A DNA stretch of 36,731 nt from Perkinsus chesapeaki ATCC PRA-425 (lineage: Eukaryota > Protista > Perkinsozoa): positions 1-36,731 of the forward strand of contig JAAPAO010000360.1 of the NCBI GenBank assembly GCA_013115145.1, read 5' to 3'. Positions 1-11,167 of the stretch are shown here, piece by piece (the first letter of the stretch is position 1; every line of letters begins with the position of its first letter). The position numbers and the translations under genes were made by a program. The notes under the pieces were generated by a model that saw nothing but the letters and a program-made list of their open reading frames with translations, was not told where the DNA came from and ran no database searches.

Positions 1-894
1 GCCTCAAAGGACAAGTATCTGGTTTATTGCTTTGCGCGTTTGAGTTGGTTACAGTTCTACGGAACAGCACCATGTTAAAAGCCGGTTCCTGGAGGCAACC
101 TGGCGTGGGCGCGAACTTCCACTTCGTCACACTTTCCTCAGAGTCTTAGTCCTCACACAGTCACTACTCATGCCACGGGCTTCGTGGAATCAGTCAGACC
201 CAAACAACCCAAAGCTCTGAGCCGATCCAGGGAGATTATGACTCGGCTTTAACTGTAAGCAGTACATACGCCCATAGAACTATCTTCGAGTCAGGAGTTG
301 AATGCAGTAGCAACTGAGGTTTCCACTCTGTATTAGGTTCAACTGTACAAGCTGCACACCCGACTATACAGGAATAATGTGTATGTCTTTTATCTCACTC
401 CTCAGTGTTAGAAGATACTTCACGGACTGACCATGATTTCGAATGAACCACACGTTGTGTAGATTGTCCCCGATCCTAGATCGGTATGTCTGTAATTGAG
501 CTTTACGCGTTGTTGATTCTTCCTTTCACTTCACCACTTCTAACAATCCCACCCGCCCCATAACAATGTAAGCCAGCTTCAGTTACTCCTAAGATATCCT
601 TACCTCAACCATTAGGCCACACATGCCACTCTCTCTCACTACATTATCAAAGATTCGCTAATCGATGATGCACCGATTCTTGGAATATCCGAACTGTTAC
701 GTGTAAGTGACAACGTTATGTTCTCCGGAGCTTATTCGCGAACCTTAGTTTTGATAAGTAAGTTCAAAAGAGAGTTCCTATGAACATTGTTTTACCTCGC
801 CGGTGATGGTATGGGTATCGACAACTCCGACGACTCAAAAGTAAACGTTAAGTTTTGGAAACAATAATACGATCATTTCACTTCTTCTGTTATC

Positions 895-3163
895 TTATCC
901 GATACTCTTCCGCCATAAAGTTATCTCCTGCTGCTTGAAGTAACGACGATCCTCCTCATCGACCAACACCAAATTGAGAAAATATCTCACTGAGAATTTA
1001 TTCTGAAAATGATAGCAACTGTAGCCAACGGCAACGAACCCATCGACTTCACCTGAACATTCTTGTAGGTTGGCGTGAGGTCAAATCCAGATAAATACAA
1101 TCGTACCGGAATACACTCGGCTGAAAAATAAAAGTAAAAACGAATCGCATCATGATGCTCTCCTCACACAGTGCGAGTCACACTCTAATTCAATCAAGCC
1201 TAAACTTATGGAGTCTAATCTCATTATTCCATAATTTATCTCTCCAACCACTTCTAAGCATCTAATGTGAATTCCCTTATTTAGAAAGAACAATAAATGG
1301 TATCAGCAATGCACCGTACGCATTGATCATTGTGTCGCTTCTTCTACTCAATCGTCTCTGTGTGTTGCACCTGTTGTTCTACTCAAAACCTTTCCCATCA
1401 AATGGCTGTCTCCCTCAGTTGTGACAAAATTTACTCCTAAAATCGCCACAGGAAAATCTTCAATCGCCAATTTTCTCCGGCAATTTCGGCCAGCACACCC
1501 CAACCCCTTCTTACCCCTCACAGGTGCCCCATCCATAATCTCAAACTTGGTGACAGTTTCGTTATCAGTAGTTCCACCAAGTTGATTAGATCCTGCCCCA
1601 GCTCCGGTCACCTCTCGTCGAATTATATCCAGCTCCATATGCTACAACAATGCACTCATACCGACTTTTCCTCAACTTTTCATCTTACTTTTATTTTAAG
1701 TCTCACCAACAAGAAATACACCTTCCCCACAACCACATCTTTCAGATGGAATTTCGACTGGGAATATTCAAATTCGATATGCAGGCAATCTTCAATGCCA
1801 ACCTAAAATCATGGAATGTGGGAACAACAGAAGCTTTTAACGAAAAACTAAATTCATCTCCTCATCCTTGAATGATTTAGTGTTTTCTGACTTTAAAATT
1901 TCAGGCTGAAATCGATGAAAACGGTAAATTTAAAATTTTTTTCCGCGTAAAAATGCAAAATTTCAGTTGTTTTTCGGTCACATTATTACCTCCATTTTAA
2001 TACTCGTATTCATATCAGGTTGAGGTTGCGCCAATTGCACCACAAAGTCTACCTCCTTCGAGACGTTACTAAAACATCATTTATCATATTCCGACACCTC
2101 TAGCCAGCACCCTTACGTTGCGTATGGCCTCTGTACAACCAGTCTAACAAAGTACCGCAGACGCACGTTAATGCCGCTGTAGGTCTCGCAGGTTTTATCA
2201 ACGGACGAAAATCTGAAGGAAACTATACGAAAAGTTCTGAAAATTCCGTGAACGGTTTGAAAGTGATGGAATCAAGATGATGAAATTCTACAGTTTTATT
2301 CTCTACAAGGATATCTCCGCGTTAATGAGGAAACAGCTTTGAATTTCCCACAAATGATCCCTGTGTTGGTCATCACTGTATGTGATCAATAATCAGGTTT
2401 TTTCCCGAACTTTTCAAAAATTTCTCCCGAATTTTCCAGAATTTTCCCAAATTTTTCCCGAATTTCCCCGTTTTTATTTCTTATTACTTCCACTTGTAAC
2501 TGCGCGTTTCAGTTAGGACTCCCGGTGGCTCCAAATCCTTAGCAATCGAAAAGAAATCGTACGAACTCGCACGGTCATACAGCATATCTAAGCTCGAAGC
2601 GTGCAAGATACGAATTAGCTCAAGCTATATTACCAACTTGTCCAATCAATTCTACTCTAATGCCTTGATGCTCCAGTCGCTTATCTCCTTTTAGCCTCAC
2701 CGTCGCTGTCCCGCAGACGTCCTCCCCATCCTGGAGAATGACGAAATATTCCAACAAGTGATAAAATATAATTTCAGAATAGCTTCGAATTTAGCCGATC
2801 ATTCCGTTTGCTTGAATTATCAAAATAACATCAAACCTGCCTAATTTGAGATGAATAATAAAACCTAAAGATCGCATAAACGAAAAGTTCTGTGAAAGCA
2901 GGCACGCGTTTGGACATGTAAAGTCTACGTGGTTCTAACTATTTGGTAGAAGACTATAGGAGGAGATATAATATAAAATATTCTTTGCCTTCCAATCCTT
3001 CCCCTATACCATGATTCACTACCGTAAAGATATATCCAAGGTCAGCTTTCTTATCCCTGCTAACTGCTGCCTTCTTCCTTCCAGGTTCGGCCTCAATTTG
3101 CAAGTCCAACTCGCAGGGAGCACCAAAGACGTTTGACAGCAACGACGATGCAAGCAACGCCAT
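895..3163 (-). CDS. VPS26: Retromer subunit Vps26, multi-exon
   Basis: Exons translate to [31 protein letters not shown]; [32 protein letters not shown]; [16 protein letters not shown]; [22 protein letters not shown]; [35 protein letters not shown]. These are diagnostic Vps26 motifs. Stop at 895-897. Confidence 0.94.
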
Positions 3164-3305
3164 GGCAAAAGAAAGGAAATCTTCCGGGTGCGTAAAGATA
3201 TTTTTGAACTCAACTCGAGTGCACCTTTGACAACAGCGTATCTTTACAACATGTCAAATCAATTTGTCTTCGACCATGGTCGCTGAACTCTCTCTGTTGC
3301 TTCGC

Positions 3306-5014
3306 TCACTTCAGCAGAAACACTACAACAAACCTGCGATCAACTGAGTACATAATCCCACACTTTCTGAACGTTTTTACCCGTGTATAATCGTCTGAGA
3401 ACTTCTCCAGAGCCGCGTCTAGGCAAATCCCAAATACTGACGGTGGCGGCGAGTCTACTGGCAATTGCAAAATCTTCGTGCTGCGCTTCTTCAAAAGATT
3501 CACCGGCTGACAAAATTCGTCAGGCATTCGAATACGTCCCACTACCTTTGAGAAACTAAATACCTCACGGAAATTGTATCGTTTTTCAAAATATTCGACA
3601 TTCCGAGGAGCGCCGCCGACGCCAGTGATTCTCATTCAGCCCTTGTATAACTTTTCAAACGTGCATGCATGAAGCTTAAGATTAAATTTTCACCTTCGAG
3701 GCCTCCAACCCAGCCAGCTCAGCCAGCCTCGCAATCTGATCTTCATCCGCTGCTAAAAGACATTCCAGTGAACCTGACAGAAATCATTTTTCGGGAAAAT
3801 TTTTCTTATGGGGATTCGGAAATTTCTCAACTGTTTGTTTTATTCGGTTTCAAGTTAACAGTCATATTTGGCGATCGACTGTCTCCAGTTGTTTTCAATT
3901 GTCGAAATTCTACCGTTTTATCCATCGAAATTTTTGAGTCTGAACTCCGAGTAGCTCTCACCATTTGACGCAAGGATCGAGAATGGGTCGAACAAGTCCG
4001 CGGGAAGAAGCTCATTTGGGATATGCGCGCATAACAAAGATACCCCTTTGGGAACCTAAAACAAGGATATTTCCAAATCGATTACTTGATCGATTATTAC
4101 TTCTATAGGATATGGACCAGAAGACTCTAAATAGCCCGTATCCGAGAGAACTGACCGCGCGCCAAATAATTCAGACGTCAATGTACTGTCACTGAGAGCA
4201 AATCGATCACGCGATCGATTTGGCACTTCGCGCTACCATGAACTCGTGGGCCCAAAGGACGACGTTGTTCCACTGTGTATCTTTGTAAGAGTTCGTTGAA
4301 AAAAACCTTCGCAGCGCGAAACCGAAGGCGTCACGGCGTCACTGCTCAAAGATACTTCCTGAAATTTAGCAGCCGCCGAAAATTCCCTAAAAAATATTTT
4401 ACAGAAAAAAAATTCGTAAATAATTTCGTGGCGCAGTGACTTACCGTGTTGCATCAACAACAACAAGTGCGCTCGAATTCGGCGACATTTTTTCCGATAA
4501 TTTTCCGATAACTTCTTCGAGACTCAAATCCTCAGGCTGCGGTGCTGGAGAGAACCTTCAGGAACAAAGATATCTATAATCGATCGCCTGATCGATTTGG
4601 GAAATGCTCACCTTCGGTCAACTCCGCACAGTAAAGATTTCCGTTTCCCGTGGCCATCGATTCTTCGCTCAATCATCCCAATAAAATATATAACCTTGCG
4701 ATCTGATTCAACCTCAACCGCATTCGACACGTATCTAAAAATATCTTGGCTTCAAGCATGCACTTCACACCGCGCAAAGATACCTCTGCAACTCTTTTGA
4801 GTTCAAGTTCACTCCCAGCGTAACAGCGTACCCCAATCGCTCGAGCCTCTCAGCAACAATCTTCGAGTCCGCCAAACCATGATGAAGATTCTGGCAATCC
4901 GCGTGATAGTGGGCTTGCGAAATTATTAGCGCTTTCTTGGAGTCCGCCAGTGGAGCTAAGAAAGAGACCGGAATAAAGGATATGTAGATATCTACTACTA
5001 CTACTAGAGCTCAT
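3306..5014 (-). CDS. Caspase/paracaspase-fold (peptidase C14-like) protein lacking the His/Cys dyad
   Basis: Phase-consistent GT-AG exons 4955-4784 (KKALIISQAHYHADCQNLHHGLADSKIVAERLERLGYAVTLGVNLNSKELQR), 4734-4612 (KVIYFIGMI...SLLCGVD) and 4555-4445 (LSLEEVIGKL...ALVVVDATR). Downstream exon 4055-3962 (VPKGVSLLCAHIPNE...DPFSILASN) and an exon near 3630 (GESLASAALL) follow caspase motif order. Start at 5014 (MSS|TPL) and the last exons are tentative. Confidence 0.68.
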
Positions 5015-5313
5015 CGATTCAGAGCCGTATCTTCAGTTTTCATTATAGTGTATATGTATAAAGTTCTACTTTACAAAGCTCAACATTGAGTCAGAAATGA
5101 AATACGAATTATTCTACTTAATAATTCTACTAAAAGAGATCATCCACGCTTCGACAATCATAATTTACCGTCAATTGAAGTTGCTTGAAAGCATTAGATG
5201 GGAAAATACGCAACCAAGACTCGTAAAGATTCTCATGAGAATAATACTACTTCATCGAGAAAATCTCTACGATTAGGAATCGCAGCAGCTTTTCATTACG
5301 TACAGAATTGGCG

Positions 5314-7153
5314 TTAGAGGTATGTTGATAGGTTTATGCGGCGACGAATGAAACCGCTGAAAGATACGCACAAAAAATATTCAGGGTGTGCAGAGAGCCG
5401 ACCTCCAGAAGGTATCCATAGATGGACCGGACAACGGATGAGAAAGGGATCGAAGATTAAAATTGTAACCTCCATAATTGTTGGCATATTTATGGATTTT
5501 TTCAAAACATTCCAAAAAAATAGGAAACAGAAGCAATTCTCTTCCCTAACCAGCGAAGTAATCCAGTATCATATCTATTCTCAAACGAGCGAAGATTCAA
5601 CCTATTTAGTATCTTCCCTGCTTCAAGCTAAGATATCTGTATCTTTCGCACCCCAAAGATTCTTACTACCTTCTCCGCATCTATCCGATACCAAATTCGA
5701 ATTAGCCAAGAACTTATTCTTAGTCATAACGTTCCCTCCGTTTTCCCGCTGCGCCACGAAATAGCGCATCTTTTCACTAAGCTTTATCTTCTCAGGACAG
5801 CCTAAAGGAAAAACTTTCAAATAATTGGGTAAAAATCGAAAAATATTTCCACCCGAAAGAGATTAAAAATTTTTCTTTTTTCCTAGGGAAAAATAGACTG
5901 CAAAAATTTGGTAACAAAACTCAGAAAAATTTTGCGGAATTCCGACCACACTGTATAAATACAGTTTTGCAAAGCGAACTTGACCATTCAGATACCGGTC
6001 AGTGCGCTTGTTTTCACAGAAATTCGCTGGGCTCTTAATTTCGTGGCGCGTGACAGGAGAAACGCTTCGACTTCTGTGACATCTGTGTCTTTTTGAGACA
6101 CCCTTTACTACCATCAAGTCTCATATCTTCACAAAGTTCGTCGGCCAAATTTTTGGGTGATTTCCCGAGAGAGTCTTTAACATTGGGATCAGCCCTACAC
6201 ATCATCAAAGCTTGTACCTAATCGCCGAGAAAATTTTCGGAAAAATTCCGATTTTTTGGCAAGTTTTTTCCCGAGTACTACCGAAAATGTATTAGTACTG
6301 AGCCGTCTAAGAAATGAAACTAAAAGCACCGGGTATTCAAAATCTTACCAAAAAACTCAGACTCAGAAATTTTTCCCGAAAATTTTCTATTTTTTCCAGA
6401 ATTTTTTTCCGTACCGCTTTGAGATTTCCGCCTTTCACTGCCAAATGCAATGGAGTAAATCCACCCTTATCGATAGCGTTCGGATCTTCACCTGACAAAG
6501 AGAATTTGAAAATACGAAATAGAAACAAAACCTCGTTGATGGCCAGGCGACTGTGAGCGGGCAGTAGTGGGGTCGATGAAGCCGAAGAAAAGAGATGTAG
6601 TGGTCGGATGAAAAGTATTAATACGATTACTGTCGTCGAGCTGTTCAGTATGCATATCATGCCGAACGATGGTCGAGAGGGTGATGCATTTGGAAGCAAA
6701 CAAAGGAGTCGATGAGAAATTCGCCAGTTCAGCAGAAGCCGCTTAAAAGATTCGTCTTGAGACTAATTTGTTATTCCTGTCAATTACCAGAATAACAAGG
6801 TCTCGTAAACTGGCAAACACCCTATCACAGAATCGTTTAACGAGGTCCTTGAACTCCAATTTATCCTGCAAAGATGATTCTCGAGGAGGACCTCAGAAAG
6901 CTCTCAACGATACAAAGTAGAACTTACCGAAAATTTGGTGATAAGCAAATCGTCATAAAAACAAATCGGTAAAACCGAATTGAAAGCCTACGTTAAAATG
7001 TCGATGGAAAACTTGACGAAAGAATATGAAATTTAAGCGGGAAAAATGGGAAAATTTTCCACAAATTTTTGGACCGGAATTACCAGTGTAGATGAGAGTT
7101 ATAATATTCCGATGATCTCCGAATGCGGCGGCTTCATGAAGACTTGTTGACAT
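5314..7153 (-). CDS. Ankyrin-repeat protein, multi-exon (3' end uncertain)
   Basis: Spliced MSTSLHEAAAFGDHRNIITLIYT|GEDPNAIDKGGFTPLHLAVKGGNLKA|VQALMMCRADPNVKDSLGKSPKNLA gives about 2-3 ankyrin repeats (TPLHLA, G..D.N..D..G.TP). The simplest splice path ends ...GFIRRRINLSTYL* at 5314. Confidence 0.72.
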
Positions 7154-7292
7154 TGAAAAGATATATATAGGGAAAATAGGGAAAATAAATTACATTAAAA
7201 ATGCAGGGTGCCGGGATCGAATGTGTTATACTCTTGGGTGAGACGCTAGGATTGATAATTTTTTTCTGAAGCCTATATTATAATTAATAACA

Positions 7293-7881
7293 ATGAATTC
7301 AACAACTGAAGAGTATCTAAGCTCCAAGCAAGAAGATACTAATGAGGTTAAAGTGAGAGCTCCAAGCTCCGATTCTAATAGTAAGTACTTAGTATCATTT
7401 TCGAAAATAATTCCCCCTCTTGAAATATATAGGAAATAACGAATAAAAAGGAAGTTTATTATGAATGTGCAATCACCTTCCAAGCATATGTCTGCCAATT
7501 CCATAATGACTTCATTCCGACCTTTTAAGAATCTTTTGAAAGTTGAAGTTGTCTTGGCGATAAGATTTTATTGGGAATCGATTGTTAATGTTTCGAAATG
7601 TAACTACTGTGGATTCGTTGTATTCAGATCAAAGACACAAAGGAAGGAAAGACTCAAGGCCTCGTCTCAACTACAGTGACGTTATAGAGAGTTATAGGCC
7701 AAAGGACGGGTATCCTAGGTTGAAGCATGCAAGATACATAATAAGTTGGCTCGATCTTCTTAGGCGATTGGCTATGGAATCACAAAAGATGTATGAAGGT
7801 CTGCAAAGTGAAGATGCCGAGATTGAGGAAGCTCGTCAAGAAGGTGATCAAGCGGACCAAACCAAAGCTGCGTCCCAGTAA
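7293..7881 (+). CDS. Hypothetical protein, at least two exons
   Basis: MNSTTEEYLSSKQEDTNEVKVRAPSSDSN|gtaagt joins in phase to the tattcag| exon QRHKGRKDSRPRLNYSDVIESYRPKDGYPRLKHARY...EEARQEGDQADQTKAASQ. No family recognised. Confidence 0.45.
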
Positions 7882-8408
7882 GTACATTAAATCACTTGTA
7901 GAGTCTTAAGATCGTAGAGACATTAACATAATAATATAGACAACCTCGGAACGGCGAAAAATCTTCATTAAAAGTTATCGTATTTCGGGTTTATAATTCA
8001 TTATAAAACCTCTATGCTAACATTTCTAATGGACACGGGCCTCGAGACGATTGCGCTGGAGGTATTATAGAAGAATATCCTATGTTGAAGCATGCACGAG
8101 AGATCTACGTGGTGCTACTAGCTAGGAACGTATCTTATCTCAAACTTTGTGCTGAATCTTACTGGTGCCAGTTTTACCCGAATGAATAATATATTAGAGA
8201 CTGCCTTATAAGATCGCCCCCTCAGAAATCCCTGAGATATCTCACACTCGTCTAGGCTCACAAAAATATGTTTTTCTATCATCAAAGCTTTTAACTTTTC
8301 CTAGCATTCCCGAAAAGAGGTACGATGGAGGTTGTTTCGGTATGGAGTATGTTTGCAAATATGTCATATCTCTCTCACTTCCTCAACTTGAGTTGTTTCA
8401 GATTAGAA

Positions 8409-9344
8409 ATGGATCTTCAAGAGTTAACGGATATGTTCAGTAACTTCGATCCCGAGTTGATCCAAGATTTGTATCTAAGCTCGAACCTCGACAAACAGGC
8501 CACAACCGAAGCTCTGTTGGTAAGGTGAAATGGAAAACATAATTTTCACCTTTTTTGAATAATTCGGGTTTTGGTCAATTTTGGTGAGTGCTGCATGAAT
8601 ACTTTGAATTTTACTCACTTTTCGATTTTTTCCTAAAAAAAATTCCCCTTTTTTGTCAGAAAATCAGCAGAGACGGCGGCGGTTCCGATCGAGGCAAGCA
8701 AGATGATGATGCTCCAAAGATGACGCCGGATGAATATCAAAAGGAATTCCCTCCTTTAGTGAAGGACCATGGTGAATGGGAGGTAAGCGAATCAACCTCT
8801 GAAGAATCTTTTAAATACATTTTTTATCGCACGTGTAGTTGGATATCTCTTAATGACATTATCAAACTAATAAAGTCAATCATCGAATCCANNNNNNNNN
8901 NNNNNNNNNNNNNNNNNNNNNNNNNNNNNNNNNNNNNNNNNNNNNNNNNNNNNNNNNNNNNNNNNNNNNNNNNNNNNNNNNNNNNNNNNCACTGCCAACC
9001 GACTTCTTCATCTCAAAGTGGATCATCGAATCCACTGCCAACCGACTTCTTCATCTCAAAGTGGATCATCGAATCCACTGCCAACCGACTTCTTCATCTC
9101 AAAGTGCTTTTTTCGAGTTCTTCTTCGGCAACAAGAGTCTTATCTCCTATCCGACGTGAAAGCTTTTTCTTAATTTTTTCGCCGCAAGTTCTTTTTCAAT
9201 TTTTCCTTGTCTGATTGATAAGTTTTTTAGTTTGTTCCTCGAGGAAGCGTATCGCCGTCTGGATCGAGCCAAGGCCCATCGTACAAAGAAGTAGCTGTGA
9301 ACGGCGGTTCGACTGATAAAGACGATTTTGTACATGTTAAGTGA
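8409..9344 (+). CDS. Small CUE-like (ubiquitin-binding) domain protein, about 3 exons
   Basis: MDLQELTDMFSNFDPELIQDLYLSSNLDKQATTEALL fits the CUE pattern (L..MF...D.E.I...L.......A...LL). In-phase exons KISRDGGG...HGEWE and FVPRGSV...DDFVHVK*. Intron 2 contains an assembly gap, so exons could be missing. Confidence 0.68.
8882..9105. repeat. 43-bp intronic tandem repeat collapsed around an N gap (8892-8989)
   Basis: Unit cactgccaaccgacttcttcatctcaaagtggatcatcgaatc starts at 8990, 9033 and 9076. The same sequence (atcgaatcca) abuts the left side of the gap. Confidence 0.9.
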
Positions 9345-9449
9345 AGCGACGATTCTGATATCAGATTTAAATGTTTATTTTTATAAGGGGGGACATCATC
9401 GCTGAGACTGTAAAGTGTTGAGTTGATAGTCATATACAACAGTTTCATA

Positions 9450-10620
9450 TGATGAAGTGGGCCAAGTTAATTCTCGGTTCCCCTCAAGTCTGCCTTATCC
9501 AACGATTTTGATCGATCTTACGCTTATCCCGAGAGAAACACCAGATGAGGCTGTCGCGAGCGGGTATTCCTTTTTGCACCAAATTGGCGGGATAAGTTGG
9601 TAAATGTGTAGTTCTAATAGAAGCTCCTGGCAACAGAGGAATACCTAGTGAATACCGATGACAAATGTGAAGTGGTAAAGTTGATCTTTTTGGTCAGCAC
9701 TGAGCATTGCCTTCGAATCGTCACTGTGGGTTCTATATCTGTACGCAGTGTTATGGATTGACTAGGTCTGCCTGCATTGTCGTGAGCTGCGTTACTAGTG
9801 TCACACAAGCATGGTAAGAAACATACACTGCACGAAACGATAGCATCCATCTTCTTATCAACTGATCTGGATGCCTGGATGGTATCTCTTCTTATAAACC
9901 CGTGAGAACATCAACGGATTAAGGAGACAATAGTTACTCGGATACGACTGCTCTGAACAGATCTGATAATATCTAACGCGGTCATCCTCGAACGAATGAA
10001 ACGAATGTTATATGGCAAACATCATTCCTTGAGTTTCAAAGTTCAATTCCAGACCAGTTGGTTAAGATGATAATAATGATATCTTCATGAACCTGGCATT
10101 TACCCCACCAACACAGGGCGACGCTGGAATCTACCTATTATGCAAATTGAGGAGAAACCTATACAGTTATTGAGGACATCGTAGTGGCAAAGACATAACA
10201 CCACATTGACAAACTCAAGCGAGGAGCGCTTGACGGTTTGAAAACCAATAAGGAAATAAATATGACAACTAAAGGATGACAAAACGGATGCATTGTTGTT
10301 GCAGCGAACAAGAGACGTTAGCATCATCAAGCCTGGTCGGTAGTAACCATCTTACTATCCCCGTCGATGTGAGATGTGCTACGAACCCGTTTCAGGCAGC
10401 ACATCAATATAAAGCCAAACAGTACGAGGATGATGAAGACACCTATGCCAATAAGAAGATCTGCATTCCTGATAAAAGAGGAACAGAGTCTGTGCCCCCG
10501 AATGAGAGCGGTTTACCAAGACAAGTACTGACAACGGTCTCCTTCTGTCCAGAAGTCGCAGGAACATCCCCACATGACGCAGACCCCATGGGTGCCGCAA
10601 ACCTGAGCTAGAGATTATCT
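9450..10620 (+). other. Possible multi-exon gene or gene remnant of unknown function
   Basis: Open stretches flanked by splice-like signals (YDEVGQVNSRFPSSLPYPTILIDLTLIPRE...; DDKTDALLLQRTRDVSIIKPGR...). I could not build a consistent model. Confidence 0.25.
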
Positions 10621-11167
10621 TTGTGAAACTGCAGTGGCCCCACGTTTTGGGCGATCAAACAGTCTGGAAGTATCGTACTCGACATATGACGGAAAGTCGG
10701 TATGAAGTTGCCTTGAATGCTAATAACAGTAGCTATCGTACTCTTAACGCAAAGACGCATTCCCGGTCAAATAAAGAGATGTCCTTTTAAAACATGTCAT
10801 CAATCAACCTCGAAGGAATCATTTAAGATATCTAATGAGTGGGAGAATCAGCTCAAGATACACCTGCTTTTCGACCTGCTTTTGGTGACAGGAAACCGGC
10901 GGCCACTAAGATATTTTAAGGACCGACAAACAGAGGGCATTTAAAGCAGATACTCAACAGGGACTCTATAATGAGAAGGAAGATCCTAACAATGACAACT
11001 ACACCTCCCCTCTACGCAGCACGCGAGTTTGGCAACCGTGGTGACGCGATTTAGCGACGCGAAGGGGTGTAGAGGAACATCAAGATAGCAAGTAGTGATG
11101 CCTGAGCGCATTTTAAGGGTCGCCATTTCCACCACCGAAGAGGTAAATAACCAGGGTTATTTCTTGA

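Noticed and set aside
500-845. Possible plus-strand exons (gtaagc, gtaagt and gtaaac donors; IKDSLIDDAPILGISELLR)
   Set aside because: No recognisable product or consistent model; may belong to a gene starting before the window.
3530-3635. N-terminal half of track ORF 3306..3635 (MRITGVGG...)
   Set aside because: Splice phase and caspase motif fit favour another frame (ESLASAALLGMSNILKNDTIS) for this part.
8588-9214. 208-aa ORF in the track
   Set aside because: It runs through introns, Ns and a tandem repeat; only the internal exon of the CUE gene is credible.
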